Positions 8,603 to 19,243 of a stretch of 64,000 bases of DNA are shown in pieces. The notes below the pieces were generated by a model. It saw only the letters and a list, made by a program, of their open reading frames with translations, had not been told where the DNA came from and ran no database searches. The first letter of the stretch is position 1. Each line of letters opens with the position of its first letter. Source of the stretch: Verrucomicrobiota bacterium (lineage in GTDB: Bacteria; Verrucomicrobiota; Verrucomicrobiia; Limisphaerales; JBBRPK01); the NCBI GenBank assembly GCA_038228235.1, contig JBBRPK010000001.1, positions 613 through 64,612 on the forward strand, read 5' to 3'. Made by a program: the position numbers and the translations under genes.

Positions 8603-10885
8603 ATGATTCAGGGAGAAAGCATCGCAGGCTCTGAAAGCTCGGTGATTCCCCGGAGCACCCCGCCTTCCGACCTTCGCGCGTCTTGCTTTCAGGTTGTCCT
8701 CACGGGCAATCCTAATTGTGGCAAAACCACGCTCTTTAACGCCCTCACCGGTTTGCGCGCGAAGGTGGGCAACTATCCAGGCGTCACAGTCGAGCGGAAA
8801 GAAGCCCGGCTCGCTGGCGCTTCCAAAGAGGATCCTATTCTGGTCCTGGACCTGCCGGGCACCTACAGCCTCAGCCCGCAATCTCTCGATGAGGAGATTG
8901 CCCGCGACGTGTTGTTCCATCGTTTGGCAGAAGTACCGCCTCCCGACTTGGTGGTAGTGGTGGTGGACGCCTCCAACTTGCAGCGCAATCTCTATTTTGC
9001 CACGCAGGTCATCGAGTTAGGTTATCCGACGCTTCTGGCCTTGAACATGATTGACGTCGCGCAAGAGAGCGGCCACCAGATCAATCACGTCCATCTCAGC
9101 CGGGCCTTGCGCGTACCGGTCTTTCCGATTGTCGCCAGCGCTGGCCAGGGTGTTTCTGAATTGTGCGAGGCCATCCGGACCTCAGCGCGCCGCAGGGGCC
9201 CGCCTGTTCCACCGCTCTCGTTTTGTGAATTGCCAGCTTTGCTCGCGGGCGCTGCCACAACGCTGGCTGCGCTTTTAGACTCCGATTTGCCGCAGCCTCG
9301 GGTCCAGCCCTTGGCTGAGGCAGTCCTGCTCCTCACTGACGAAAAATTCTCGACCTCCACCGGCGCCTATTATCCGGAAAAAATTTTAACCGCGGCGAGC
9401 GTGGCGAGGCTGGGCTTGGAAAAGGCAGGGTTGGACTGGCGAAGTGTCGCCATTGAAGCCCGCTACGCCCGGATCGCGTCTATCGATCAAGCAGTCACCA
9501 CCACCACCGGCCTCGGCGGCGAGACGTTCAGCGACAAACTGGACCGGATCGTGACACACAAGGTGTGGGGGCTGCTGATTTTCCTCGCCCTCATGGCACT
9601 GATCTTCCAAAGCATCTTCAGTTTTGCGCGCCTTCCTATGGACTTGATGCAGGAGAGTGTGGACTGGTTTGGAACCTTTATAGGTCACGGGATCGCTCCG
9701 GGACCATTGAACGATTTATTGGTGAAAGGGATTATCAAGGGGGTTGGCGCGGTGGTGGTTTTTCTGCCGCAAATCTGCCTGCTTTTTTTCTTCATCGGTC
9801 TGTTGGAGGACACCGGTTACATGGCGCGCGCCGCCTTTCTGATGGACCGCTTCATGAGCAAAGTCGGGCTGCACGGCAAAAGTTTTATTCCTATGCTCAG
9901 TTCTTTCGCCTGCGCCATCCCCGGCATCATGGCCACCCGCACCATTGAAACCAACAAAGATCGGCTGGTCACTATTCTAGTAGCGCCACTCATGAGTTGC
10001 TCGGCGCGGTTGCCAGTCTATACCGTGCTGATCGCTGCTTGCATCCCCAACCTGACAGTGCTCGGGTTTTTGAAACTGCCCGGACTCACCATGCTTTCGA
10101 TGTATCTGCTTGGTATCATCGTGGCCTTGCTCATGGCCTGGCTGTTCAAAAAGACGCTGCTGCGGGGCCCCACCCCGATGCTGATCATGGAGTTGCCTCC
10201 CTATAAGCGTCCCGTGGCCCACGTCGTCCTGAGACATATGTGGGACCGTTCCAAACTGTTTTTGCGGCGGGCCGGAACGGTCATTTTGGGAATCAATGTT
10301 TTGCTGTGGTTTCTGGCCACCTATCCCAAGAGCGCCCAGATGGAACAGGAATTCGCTGGGAAACGCGCGGCGGCGCAAATGTTGCCCCAAGCCACGCGGA
10401 TTGAACATCTGGCGGCGCTGGACCAGGAGCAAGCAGGTGGCCAACTGCGCCACAGTTTCGCAGGCCGCCTGGGCCGCTTCATCGAACCGGCCATTGCTCC
10501 CCTGGGATTTGATTGGAAAATGGGCGTCGGCATCGTGGCCTCCTTCGCGGCGCGCGAGGTTTTTGTGAGCACGATGTCTCTGGTCTATGATGTGGGCGGC
10601 TATCAACAATCGGACGCCGCCGCCAAATCGCTGGCCCAGACTCTCCGCGCCCAACGGCATCCCGACGGGTCGCCAGTCTATACTACGTTGCTGGCGCTGA
10701 CCCTGATGGTCTTTTATGTTTTCGCGCTGCAATGTGTGAGCACGGTCGCGGTAGTGCGCCGGGAAACGAATTCCTGGAAGTGGCCCTTATTCCAATGGCT
10801 TTACATGGGTGTGTTGGCGTGGGTGCTGGCCTTCCTTACCTGCCATGCCGGCCAATTAATCATCGGCGCAGGAAGCCCCAAGTGA
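8603..10885 (+). CDS. feoB: ferrous iron transporter FeoB
   Basis: G-domain G1 motif [16 protein letters not shown], followed by a polytopic membrane domain. Start set at ATG 8603, after the feoA stop; the track ORF starts at 8555. Confidence 0.9.
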   Translation: MIQGESIAGSESSVIPRSTPPSDLRASCFQVVLTGNPNCGKTTLFNALTGLRAKVGNYPGVTVERKEARLAGASKEDPILVLDLPGTYSLSPQSLDEEIARDVLFHRLAEVPPPDLVVVVVDASNLQRNLYFATQVIELGYPTLLALNMIDVAQESGHQINHVHLSRALRVPVFPIVASAGQGVSELCEAIRTSARRRGPPVPPLSFCELPALLAGAATTLAALLDSDLPQPRVQPLAEAVLLLTDEKFSTSTGAYYPEKILTAASVARLGLEKAGLDWRSVAIEARYARIASIDQAVTTTTGLGGETFSDKLDRIVTHKVWGLLIFLALMALIFQSIFSFARLPMDLMQESVDWFGTFIGHGIAPGPLNDLLVKGIIKGVGAVVVFLPQICLLFFFIGLLEDTGYMARAAFLMDRFMSKVGLHGKSFIPMLSSFACAIPGIMATRTIETNKDRLVTILVAPLMSCSARLPVYTVLIAACIPNLTVLGFLKLPGLTMLSMYLLGIIVALLMAWLFKKTLLRGPTPMLIMELPPYKRPVAHVVLRHMWDRSKLFLRRAGTVILGINVLLWFLATYPKSAQMEQEFAGKRAAAQMLPQATRIEHLAALDQEQAGGQLRHSFAGRLGRFIEPAIAPLGFDWKMGVGIVASFAAREVFVSTMSLVYDVGGYQQSDAAAKSLAQTLRAQRHPDGSPVYTTLLALTLMVFYVFALQCVSTVAVVRRETNSWKWPLFQWLYMGVLAWVLAFLTCHAGQLIIGAGSPK

Positions 10886-10894
10886 TCTGTGGTC

Positions 10895-10922
10895 GGGGAG
10901 CCATTCACTCCCTATTCTTTTC
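10895..10922 (+). terminator. candidate intrinsic terminator after feoB
   Basis: Stem GGGGAG/CTCCCT (one G-U pair), 7-nt loop CCATTCA, then tail ATTCTTTTC. Begins 10 nt after the feoB stop. Confidence 0.4.
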
Positions 10923-11117
10923 AGTTATTCTCATCATTCCGGTCGGAACCCTGCTGGGTCGGAAGGACGAGTTCCACGACTCCCTGTTTGCTCAAGCGAT
11001 CGGGGGCTCACGGAACTCATCCTTTCTAGGATTATGCCGAGCCGCGGTAATGAGAATTGCTGCCGTTCTTTGTTGCGGACTTCCCGTCCGTTTTGCGCAT
11101 GTATAGTGTCAAAGCTT

Positions 11118-14100
11118 ATGGGTGCTGAACTAAGAGACTCTCCGGGAACACGCGAGCGGGAACTTTTTCTGGGCGCGATGGAGAGGAGCAGCGCGGTGGA
11201 ACGTGCCGCGTTTCTGGATGCAGGGTGCGGGCAAGACCAAGCCCTGCGCCGGCGTGTGGAGGAGTTGCTGGGAGAGCAGGAGGACGTGGGCCGCTTTTTG
11301 GAAACTCCGGCCCTTGCGGGCATGGGGGTCTTGTCATCCCCGTCTGGGGTGGGTCCCTCCGGCACTGTCCTCATCGGAACCATCACGGAAAAACCCGGTG
11401 ACCGCATCGGACGGTATAAATTGCTGCAAAAAATCGGGGAAGGCGGCTGCGGCATAGTTTATATGGCGGAACAGGAAGAGCCAGTCCGCCGTCGAGTCGC
11501 GCTGAAGGTCATCAAGCTGGGGATGGATACCAAGATCGTCATTGCGCGGTTCGAGGCGGAGCGACAGGCCCTGGCCATGATGGATCACCAGAACATTGCA
11601 AAAGTTTTGGACGCAGGGGCCACGGAAACCGGGCGGCCCTTCTTCGTTATGGAACTGGTGCGAGGCATTCGCATCACCGAATATTGCGACCAGAACAACT
11701 TGTCCACCGAGGAGCGTCTTGTTCTTTTCGCCCAAGTGTGCCGTGCCATTCAGCACGCCCATCAAAAGGGCATCATTCACCGTGACATCAAGCCCTCCAA
11801 CCTGCTCGTGACGCTTCATGATGGTCTTCCGGTGCCCAAGGTGATAGATTTCGGCATCGCCAAGGCCATCGAACAGCGGCTGACGGACAAGACCCTCTTC
11901 ACCGAGTTTAGCGCCTTTATTGGCACCCCCGCCTATATGAGTCCCGAGCAAGCCGAGATGAGCGGGCTGGATATCGACACGCGAAGCGACATCTACTCGC
12001 TCGGGGTGTTGCTCTATGAATTGCTCACCGGCAAGACGCCTTTTGATGCGGAGGCCCTGCTCCGTAATGGACTCGACGAATGCCGGCGCACCATTCGCGA
12101 ACGGGAGCCCGTCCGTCCATCGACGCGGGTCGCGACCATGCTGGACCAGGAACTGACGACCACGGCCAAACAACGTCGTACCGAGGCGCCCAAGCTCATT
12201 CATTCACTGCGCGGCGATCTGGACTGGATCGTGATGAAATGCCTGGAAAAGGACCGCGCGCGCCGCTACGACACCGCGCATGATGTGGCCCTGGACGTGC
12301 AACGTTATTTGGAAAGCGAGCCGGTCCTGGCCCGGCCTCCGAGCAACCTCTATCGCTTGCAAAAAGTGCTCCACCGTCATCGAGGCGCATTTGCGGCAGC
12401 CGCTGCCATTGCGGTGACGTTGATCAGCGGGATCACCATCAGCACCTGGCAAGCGGTTCGCGCCACGGGTGCTGAACATCGCGCTGAATCCTCCCAGCAA
12501 AAGGAAGCCAACCTCCGCCGCCGCGCTCAGCAGGGAGAGGAGGCTGCTCACCTCAATGAATATGTCGCGGACATCAATCTCGCCCAGCAATCGCTCGCGG
12601 CCGATAATTATGGACGCGCCATGCAGTTGTTGAACAAACATCGGCCTCAGCCTGGCGCGAGCGACTTGCGTGGCTTTGAGTGGCGCTACCTCTGGCAACT
12701 CTGCCAGGGCGACCAACATGCGGCGCTCCCTCGCCAGGGCGAAGCGGTCCATTCACTCGCGTTTTCCCCAAACGGCGATTTGTTAGCCATTGGACTGTTC
12801 GACAAGGTAAACATTTTCAACCCCCATACAAAGTCCCTGGTCACGAGTGTCCGCCCAGGAGGTTTCTCGCTGGCGTTCTTCCCGGATGGGAAAACCCTCG
12901 CCACCGCGCGCGGCTCGCTCCGGCTTTGGAACGCCAGCGACTGGAAAGAACGGCAATCGTTCCCGGACGGCTCTGCGCCCTTCGTCGTATCCGCCGATGC
13001 GACCCGGCTGGCGACCTCGAAGCGGGAAGGAGGAATCAGCATCTGGGATACTGCGACCTGGAAAGAGGTGCGTTTTTTATCGGATGCGTCCGCACCGATG
13101 GCTTTCTCGCCCGACGGTAAAACTTTCGCGGCAGAGGCCGAGGCGGGGATCACTTTGTGGCCTTTGGAAGGGGCGCGCCACGAAGTAGTTCTTCGCGACT
13201 CCACCAACGTATTCATGCGCATGGGAGGCCCTCGATCCCGGAGCGACCCGCGATTTCTCGGGCAACAACACACCCTCGCTTTTTCGCCGGACGGCAAATC
13301 AGTGCTGGCTGCCCGCAATACCCTTTCGAGGCGAGGAGTCTTCGTCCTGAGCCTTTGGGATGCTCAGTCTGGAGAAGAAACCGGGGTAATGCCGGAGGAT
13401 CCGGAGCACATCGAGCACACTGGCATCATCTCGAGTCTCGCCTTTTCACCCGATGGACGCACGCTTGCAACCGCCAGCAGAGACTACTCGATTCGCCTCT
13501 GGGACTTTGCCACGCGCCAGAGGCGCACAACCTTGCAAGGCCATCTAAGCGAAGTCTGGTCCTTGGCATTTTCCCCGGACGGGCAAACTCTCGCCAGCGG
13601 CGCCAAGGATGGCAGCGTCAATTTATGGCCCACGCAGTCTCAGCCGAAAGAGGACATCATCGAAGGGGGGTGGCAGCCGATGGCTTTCTCCAAAGATAGT
13701 CGTGTGCTGGCGGCTCGAACCAGGCAGGGGACCGTCGCGTTTTTTAATCTTGCCACCCACGAGCCTGACCAACAGTTCCAACTCAAGCCCCCATCGGAGG
13801 GTTTTCGGCGGCGGCCGCCTTCTCCCCACCCGGCCGCCCTTAGCGAAGACCTTGGAATTTTAGCCCAGGCGGTCGATGACGGGATGGTCAAAATATGGAA
13901 CACCGAAACGCATGAAACCAACCTTCTCAAAGTATCGGAGAGGGCCGTAGATCTGCTCGCGCTTTCCCCTGATGGCCGGACGCTCATCACCAGCGAGGAG
14001 GGTGGGATGCCTGTTCCAGGCCGGCGCGGGCACACTCTCCGTTGGTGGGACCTCCGGCAGGGGACCAACACCGTGCTGTCGATTGAGAACTGCAACAAAC

Positions 14101-14642
14101 TCCTCTTTTCTCCCGATGGCCGCACTGTGGCAGCCTTTCAAAGAGGGAATACCGCTCAACTTTGGGATGCTGCGACGCGCGCTTTGCGAACCAATCTAGT
14201 CATCGAGACTCAGACCGGTTCTCCCACGAATTCCCCTTTTGACTTCCGCAACCTTCCCTCGGCCTTTTCCGCTGATAGCCGTCTGCTCGCAATTGCAGCG
14301 TCGGACGACACCATCCGCCTGCTGGATGTTCTCACTGGCAGGCTGGTTGGCGCCTGTTCTGGCCACAAACAAGCCGTGTCCTCAGTGGCATTCTCGCCAG
14401 ACGGCAAAACTCTTGCCAGCGCCAGCGACGACAGCACTCTGAAATTCTGGAATGTGGCTACCCAACAGGAACTGCTAACGGTGCGGCGGCTGGGAGGCAC
14501 TCTGCGTGGTTTATTGTTCTCTCCCGATGGCCGTCTGCTGGTTGGCGCCAGCGGCTTTTCTGCTCCCTCGGACGGGCTTCGGTTTTTTCACGCTCGGCCC
14601 CTTGGAGAGACCGATCTCGCTTCCGTGATCGAACAGCATTGA
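11118..14642 (+). CDS. Ser/Thr protein kinase with transmembrane segment and C-terminal WD40 repeats
   Basis: Hanks kinase motifs [26 protein letters not shown] segment [21 protein letters not shown]. Many repeats of the type H...V.S(L/V)AFSPDG..LA. Start placed at ATG 11118; the track ORF starts at 11034. Confidence 0.85.
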   Translation: MGAELRDSPGTRERELFLGAMERSSAVERAAFLDAGCGQDQALRRRVEELLGEQEDVGRFLETPALAGMGVLSSPSGVGPSGTVLIGTITEKPGDRIGRYKLLQKIGEGGCGIVYMAEQEEPVRRRVALKVIKLGMDTKIVIARFEAERQALAMMDHQNIAKVLDAGATETGRPFFVMELVRGIRITEYCDQNNLSTEERLVLFAQVCRAIQHAHQKGIIHRDIKPSNLLVTLHDGLPVPKVIDFGIAKAIEQRLTDKTLFTEFSAFIGTPAYMSPEQAEMSGLDIDTRSDIYSLGVLLYELLTGKTPFDAEALLRNGLDECRRTIREREPVRPSTRVATMLDQELTTTAKQRRTEAPKLIHSLRGDLDWIVMKCLEKDRARRYDTAHDVALDVQRYLESEPVLARPPSNLYRLQKVLHRHRGAFAAAAAIAVTLISGITISTWQAVRATGAEHRAESSQQKEANLRRRAQQGEEAAHLNEYVADINLAQQSLAADNYGRAMQLLNKHRPQPGASDLRGFEWRYLWQLCQGDQHAALPRQGEAVHSLAFSPNGDLLAIGLFDKVNIFNPHTKSLVTSVRPGGFSLAFFPDGKTLATARGSLRLWNASDWKERQSFPDGSAPFVVSADATRLATSKREGGISIWDTATWKEVRFLSDASAPMAFSPDGKTFAAEAEAGITLWPLEGARHEVVLRDSTNVFMRMGGPRSRSDPRFLGQQHTLAFSPDGKSVLAARNTLSRRGVFVLSLWDAQSGEETGVMPEDPEHIEHTGIISSLAFSPDGRTLATASRDYSIRLWDFATRQRRTTLQGHLSEVWSLAFSPDGQTLASGAKDGSVNLWPTQSQPKEDIIEGGWQPMAFSKDSRVLAARTRQGTVAFFNLATHEPDQQFQLKPPSEGFRRRPPSPHPAALSEDLGILAQAVDDGMVKIWNTETHETNLLKVSERAVDLLALSPDGRTLITSEEGGMPVPGRRGHTLRWWDLRQGTNTVLSIENCNKLLFSPDGRTVAAFQRGNTAQLWDAATRALRTNLVIETQTGSPTNSPFDFRNLPSAFSADSRLLAIAASDDTIRLLDVLTGRLVGACSGHKQAVSSVAFSPDGKTLASASDDSTLKFWNVATQQELLTVRRLGGTLRGLLFSPDGRLLVGASGFSAPSDGLRFFHARPLGETDLASVIEQH

Positions 14643-14676
14643 TTACCGAGGAAGATGAAGCCCAACCAGGGGAATG

Positions 14677-15753
14677 TTATTCGTCGCTTGGGAACGGTCG
14701 AACAACAACTTTCAGGGAGTCCATGGCAGGATGGGCAGCAAGCCCGATGGCCGCTTTGAACTGAATCAGTGGAAATTGGTGCGTGATGATTTTGCGCACA
14801 TCCAGTCTTCGCGAGAAAACGAGCCGAGCCACCTCTTCCTGCAACGTAAAATCCGCCGAGTAACTCCCAATCAAATCCTTTTCGTCCACACATATATTTG
14901 AAAGCTCTATCGGCGTCATCGCGCCCCGGCGGGTGTGGGCAAAGAGCAAAACCTTTCCTGCGCCCTTGATCAGTTCCTGGGCCTGGAGCACCGCCGCATC
15001 CGAGGGAGCGCAGATGATGGCTGCATCCAGCCCATCCTTTTCAGCAAGCCGTTTGATACATGAAACGCTGTCTGGGGAATCCGCTCGCAGGAGCCACCGG
15101 GCTCCCATTTGGCGTGCTACTTTTAAACGCGTGTCCAGCAAATCGCTGGCCACGACATTGGCCCCCAGCAAGTGGAGCAAGCGTGTGAATAGCAGGCCGA
15201 TGGGCCCCTGCCCGACCACCAGCACGTTATCCCCACCCAGGAGGGACAATCGCCTGATGGCTTTCAAAACCGTATTGACAGGTTCGAGCAGAGCCCCTTC
15301 GAGGAACGAGTTGCGCGCGGGAATCCGGACAATGCCAGGAAAAACAAACGGGAGCACACGCACATATTCCGCGTAGCCGCCGCCCGCCGGTTCAAAGCCA
15401 GCCGTAACGCCCGTCCGTTTGTATTGGGTACATTGGGCGAAGGCACGATGCCGGCAGGCCGGGCAGTCTAAACAGGGGATGTGATGATGGAGTGCCACCC
15501 GCTCGCCCAGCTTGAAGTTTTGCACTTTGGCGCCGAGGCGCGCAATGGTGCCGGACGTCTCATGGCCAAAAATGCGCGGAGGCGCAACTGTGCCGAAATG
15601 GATTTTTTTGATGTCGGTGGGGCAGACGCCGCAGGCGGCAACCCTGACCAGCAATTCGTTCGGCCCGACGCGCGGCACAGCCACAGTTTCGAGGCGCAGG
15701 TCATTTGCGCCTCGATAAACCACGGCCTGCATCGTCCTTGGAATTTTTTGCAT
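14677..15753 (-). CDS. zinc-dependent alcohol/polyol dehydrogenase (MDR family)
   Basis: Motifs CGVCPTDIKK, GHETSGTI, structural-Zn cluster CLDCPACRHRAFAQC, and Rossmann VVGQGPIGLL. ATG 15753 overlaps the RluA stop by 1 nt (TAATG). The track ORF extends to 15843. Confidence 0.8.
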   Translation of the reverse strand: MQKIPRTMQAVVYRGANDLRLETVAVPRVGPNELLVRVAACGVCPTDIKKIHFGTVAPPRIFGHETSGTIARLGAKVQNFKLGERVALHHHIPCLDCPACRHRAFAQCTQYKRTGVTAGFEPAGGGYAEYVRVLPFVFPGIVRIPARNSFLEGALLEPVNTVLKAIRRLSLLGGDNVLVVGQGPIGLLFTRLLHLLGANVVASDLLDTRLKVARQMGARWLLRADSPDSVSCIKRLAEKDGLDAAIICAPSDAAVLQAQELIKGAGKVLLFAHTRRGAMTPIELSNICVDEKDLIGSYSADFTLQEEVARLVFSRRLDVRKIITHQFPLIQFKAAIGLAAHPAMDSLKVVVRPFPSDE

Positions 15754-16520
15754 TAGATGAAAGCCTGCCCGGCCTGTGGGCGCTGGCAGTTCTGGATCGA
15801 GGAATCCAGAAAATCCGTGAACGACCGTTCTGGAGCCGCGCAAAAAACTCTTTCCTGGTCGCGCCAGACAAAACGCAATTCCCCCGCATGCAAAGCGTGA
15901 TTGGGCAAAAGCAGTTCCCGGCGCTGTAACTCACTCAAGCGCCACTGCACGAAATCAAGATAGAGGTTTTCATCTCCGCCATACAGTTTATCCCCGACAA
16001 TCGGATGACCATAATGCGCAAGATGGATGCGAATCTGATGTTTTCGGCCAGTCAATGGGTACACTCGCAGCAAAGAAAAATCTCCTTCCACGCGCGAGAA
16101 TCGGCGGTCCAGGGCAAATCGCGTCTGCGCCTGCGCGCCATCGGAACGCACTTTGTCCTTAATCGAAACGCGGCTTTGTTCATCCCGGCCCAAGGGGGCA
16201 TCAATGAAGCCGTGGTCTTCGACCAGATGGCCTCGGACGATCGCCAGGTATTGTTTCTGGACCAATCTTCTTTCCCAGAGATCGCGCAATTCCAGAGCCA
16301 CCGGCAATTTTTTCGCGACCAGAACCAGTCCACTGGTTTCCCGATCCAATCGGTTGATCAAATGAGCCTCGGCGGCGCTGCCGAGATGAAGGCGAATCCG
16401 GCTAATCAGGCTGGAATAAATATCCCCTTTGGTCGGATGGCAAACCAAGTCCCCCGGTTTGTTGATCACCAGCAGGTCGTCCGTTTCGTGAACAATCTCG
16501 AATAACTTTTCCATATCCAC
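15753..16520 (-). CDS. RluA-family pseudouridine synthase
   Basis: 255 aa. Catalytic motif NRLDRETSGLVLVAK plus HQIRIHLAH; no S4 domain. Confidence 0.85.
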   Translation of the reverse strand: MDMEKLFEIVHETDDLLVINKPGDLVCHPTKGDIYSSLISRIRLHLGSAAEAHLINRLDRETSGLVLVAKKLPVALELRDLWERRLVQKQYLAIVRGHLVEDHGFIDAPLGRDEQSRVSIKDKVRSDGAQAQTRFALDRRFSRVEGDFSLLRVYPLTGRKHQIRIHLAHYGHPIVGDKLYGGDENLYLDFVQWRLSELQRRELLLPNHALHAGELRFVWRDQERVFCAAPERSFTDFLDSSIQNCQRPQAGQAFI

Positions 16521-16570
16521 CGCTGCGAGCGTTCGGCGCGCAGGAAGGTTAAGACCAAATTACGCTATTC

Positions 16571-16702
16571 TTACGCTCTGACGCTTCACGCTTCCACGCT
16601 CCCACGCTGCCACGCTGCCACGCTGCCACGCTCCCACGCTCCCACGCTCCCACGCTCCCACGCTCCCACGCTCCCACGCTCCCACGCTCCCACGCTCCCA
16701 CG
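16571..16702. repeat. 8-bp tandem repeat (CACGCT[C/G/T]C), 14 full units plus degenerate flanks
   Basis: Direct reading gives units at 16587, 16595 ... 16691: 1x CACGCTTC, 3x CACGCTGC, 10x CACGCTCC. Degenerate units lie at 16571-16586, with a partial unit ending at 16702. Sits between the divergent starts at 16520 (-) and 16773 (+). Confidence 0.95.
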
Positions 16703-16772
16703 GGGCTTGTCACGCCCGCTGGATGGCGTATCATTCCCGACGGTGAAAGAAAAGTGGAATATTTGGCTGCCC

Positions 16773-17390
16773 ATGCTTTTGATGGGGGTTTTCGCCCTTA
16801 CGCGCTGGCCAGGGCTGCTTCCGCCGAATTTTAGCGCCGTCTATGCGCTGGCTTTTTGCGCGGGGGTTTATTTTCCCCGGCGTCTGGCCTGGTGGCTCCC
16901 GCTAGGCACCATGATCGCGACTGACCTGGGGATCAATCTTTACTATTATTACCATCTCCACGTAGCTTCGTTCCACTTTACTCAACTCGTGAATTACGCG
17001 GCTTATGCGCTTATCATTTGGTTGGGCACGCGCTTCACCCCCCAGAGTTCATGGTCGAAGCTGTTGAGTGGTGGATTGTTGGGAGCAATTTTCTTCTACT
17101 TTATTACCAACACCGCGGCTTGGTTTTTCAATCCTTTTCAGAATCCGGAGTACACTAAAACGCTGGCGGGCTGGCTGACGGCTTTGACCCAGGGCACCGC
17201 TGGCTGGCCTCAAACATGGGAATTTTTCCGTAACACTCTGCTAAGCGGCGGCCTCTTTACTGGTTTTTTCGTGGGCGCCATGAAGGCCAGCGAAGCCGCT
17301 GAATCCGCTCGTGAAAAAGAAGGCGCAGGGGATGTCGAAGGAGAAAAGGAAACCGAAGAACGGCCTGAGCCACAGAAAACGGAAGCATGA
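16773..17390 (+). CDS. DUF6580-like polytopic membrane protein (putative transporter component)
   Basis: First in-frame ATG is at 16773 (track ORF starts at TTG 16707). LTRWPGLLPPNFSAVYALAFCAGVYF resembles the N-terminal DUF6580 signature. About 6 hydrophobic helices and an acidic/lysine-rich tail. Confidence 0.5.
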   Translation: MLLMGVFALTRWPGLLPPNFSAVYALAFCAGVYFPRRLAWWLPLGTMIATDLGINLYYYYHLHVASFHFTQLVNYAAYALIIWLGTRFTPQSSWSKLLSGGLLGAIFFYFITNTAAWFFNPFQNPEYTKTLAGWLTALTQGTAGWPQTWEFFRNTLLSGGLFTGFFVGAMKASEAAESAREKEGAGDVEGEKETEERPEPQKTEA

Positions 17391-17457
17391 TAACATGGCG
17401 GTGGTGTGGGCCCGCCACGAGGGCATCGCACCATCCTTGCGCTCCATGCGCCAACCA

Positions 17458-17919
17458 ATGAAAATCGGCGTCATCTCCGATACTCACGATCATCTTGATC
17501 CGAAGGTCCCCGCGTTCTTCGCCGGAGTGGAGCATATTCTGCACGCCGGTGACATCGGCCTGCCGTGGCTAATTCTGCAACTGGAAAACATCGCGCCTGT
17601 CACCGCCGTGATGGGCAACACCGACTCGGGCGCCAATTTTAAGGAAATGGAAATAATCGAGTTGGGCGGGCGAAAGTTTCTCATTCATCACATTGTGGAC
17701 GTGTGTTCACCTGCTGCCCAGCTTAAGCGCCGCATTATCCGTGAGAATCCCGACGTCGTAGTCTTCGGTCACACCCATAAGCCATTTTCCGAAAGGATCG
17801 AAAAGACCCTTTACTTCAACCCTGGGTACGCCGGCAAATCTCGTTTCGGTCTTGCCCGCACCGTTGCGATTTTACATTGCGATGAGTCGGGAATAACGCC
17901 GGAGTTTAAAGCGCTTTAG
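17458..17919 (+). CDS. YfcE/MJ0936-type metallophosphoesterase
   Basis: MKIGVISDTHDH, HAGDIG, MGNTD, FGHTHKP. Start at ATG 17458; the longer track ORF (from 17311) overlaps the previous gene. Its stop overlaps the stop of the convergent MFS gene (TTAG). Confidence 0.8.
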   Translation: MKIGVISDTHDHLDPKVPAFFAGVEHILHAGDIGLPWLILQLENIAPVTAVMGNTDSGANFKEMEIIELGGRKFLIHHIVDVCSPAAQLKRRIIRENPDVVVFGHTHKPFSERIEKTLYFNPGYAGKSRFGLARTVAILHCDESGITPEFKAL

Positions 17920-19160
17920 GGAGGAGGCCCTTCCCCTTCTGTTGCGCGTCCGGCGTTTCTCACAGTCCGAATCGCCAGTCCCAGCCAGAGCAGTCCGCTT
18001 AGGATCAGGACGGACGGCAGGATGAGAACGGCTTTTTGCAGGCTGTGCCAGCGATCGTCGAGGCGGCCCACAATTTCGGAGGAACGAAAATCCCCGAAGA
18101 GGTGAATCATGAAAATGGAAATCGCCATGGCGCTGGCCCGCAGATTCACCGGGACCGATTCAATGATCAGCGTGTTCACCGGACCGGTCGAAAGGAAGAG
18201 TAGGAACATCGCCGTCGCCAGGCAACTCATCGCCACTACGGTGTTGGTTGTCAAAAACGCCGCGAAGGCAACGGGCACTGCGGCCAAAACGGACAGGCCC
18301 AGCACCCAGGCATAAGCAGCAGGGGTTCGCTTCTGCCAGGCGGTGGCGGCAAACCCGCCGAGAAATGTGCCCATCAATCCGGCGACAAAGAGCACGATGC
18401 TGAAAAACAAATCGGCGGTGTGGTTGGACATTCCATGAACCGTGACCAGATAGAACGGCCCCCAATAAGCGAATGCCCCAAGGGAGAAAGTATAAGCGAC
18501 ATAGCCCCATATGACCAGATTAAAATCGGGCAGCAGGAAAATCCGCAACACGTCTTTCAGACGGGGCTTTTCGACAACTCGTCCTTCCGTCTGGCCTCGG
18601 GCAGGCTCGCGGAATGGCAACAAGACCAGCGCGAGCAGGAGTCCGGGCACGCCCGCACAAAAAAAGGCGCTCCGCCAGCCGAAATGATGTTCCATCAACC
18701 CACCCAAACCGTAACCCAGAGCGCCGCCGACCGGAATGGCGACATAGAAAATCGTTAGCGCATTGTTCCGCCGCGCCGGTTCGTAGGCATCGGAAATCAA
18801 TCCTGGGCTGATAGTCGCGTAGCTTGCTTCGCCCACGCCGACTAAAACGCGATAAAAGAGCAAAACTCCAATTCCAGTCGCGAACCCGGTTAGCACGGTC
18901 CCCAGGCTCCAGATGAAGATGCCAATGGCAATCAGCCATTTGCGAGAGATCCGGTCCCCCAGATAACCAAAAAAGGGCGCCGTCAAAAAATAGCCAAGCA
19001 TAAAGGCGCTGTTGATGCGCCCTGCAGCCCCGCTGCTGATATGCAATTCCCCCTTCAGGGGCGCCAGTACCGCGGGAAGGATATACCGATCAAGATAGTT
19101 AAAAAGGTTGAGCCCGGTCAGGATGAAAAGGAGGCGGGAAGGCGGGAGATTGCGGTTCAT
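17916..19160 (-). CDS. MFS transporter, Spinster-like
   Basis: 414 aa, about 12 TM. N-terminus LFILTGLNLFNYLDRYILPAVLAPLKGELHIS...GYLGDRISRKW is typical of the bacterial Spns-type MFS subfamily. Confidence 0.7.
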   Translation of the reverse strand: MNRNLPPSRLLFILTGLNLFNYLDRYILPAVLAPLKGELHISSGAAGRINSAFMLGYFLTAPFFGYLGDRISRKWLIAIGIFIWSLGTVLTGFATGIGVLLFYRVLVGVGEASYATISPGLISDAYEPARRNNALTIFYVAIPVGGALGYGLGGLMEHHFGWRSAFFCAGVPGLLLALVLLPFREPARGQTEGRVVEKPRLKDVLRIFLLPDFNLVIWGYVAYTFSLGAFAYWGPFYLVTVHGMSNHTADLFFSIVLFVAGLMGTFLGGFAATAWQKRTPAAYAWVLGLSVLAAVPVAFAAFLTTNTVVAMSCLATAMFLLFLSTGPVNTLIIESVPVNLRASAMAISIFMIHLFGDFRSSEIVGRLDDRWHSLQKAVLILPSVLILSGLLWLGLAIRTVRNAGRATEGEGPPP

Positions 19161-19243
19161 GGCGCTGGTGACTCAGGCGTAATTCGGGACAGTTGGGGAG
19201 CTTTTCCAACAGTGGTCACGCAAAATGCACGGGCCTTCTCGCT

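Noticed and set aside
16571-16702. Possible CRISPR array
   Set aside because: The units are 8 bp and contiguous with no spacers, and no cas genes are in the window. It is a microsatellite, not a CRISPR array.
16549-16774. ORFs of 61-62 aa encoding repeated GSVGAWER peptides
   Set aside because: They are simply translations of the 8-bp microsatellite. The peptide repeat of 8 aa (24 nt) arises because three 8-bp units span 24 nt. There is no start context, and they overlap a promoter region.
17311-17457. N-terminal 49-aa extension of the metallophosphoesterase ORF
   Set aside because: It is lysine/arginine-rich and overlaps the 3' end of the DUF6580 gene. The canonical family N-terminus MKIGVISDTH begins at ATG 17458.
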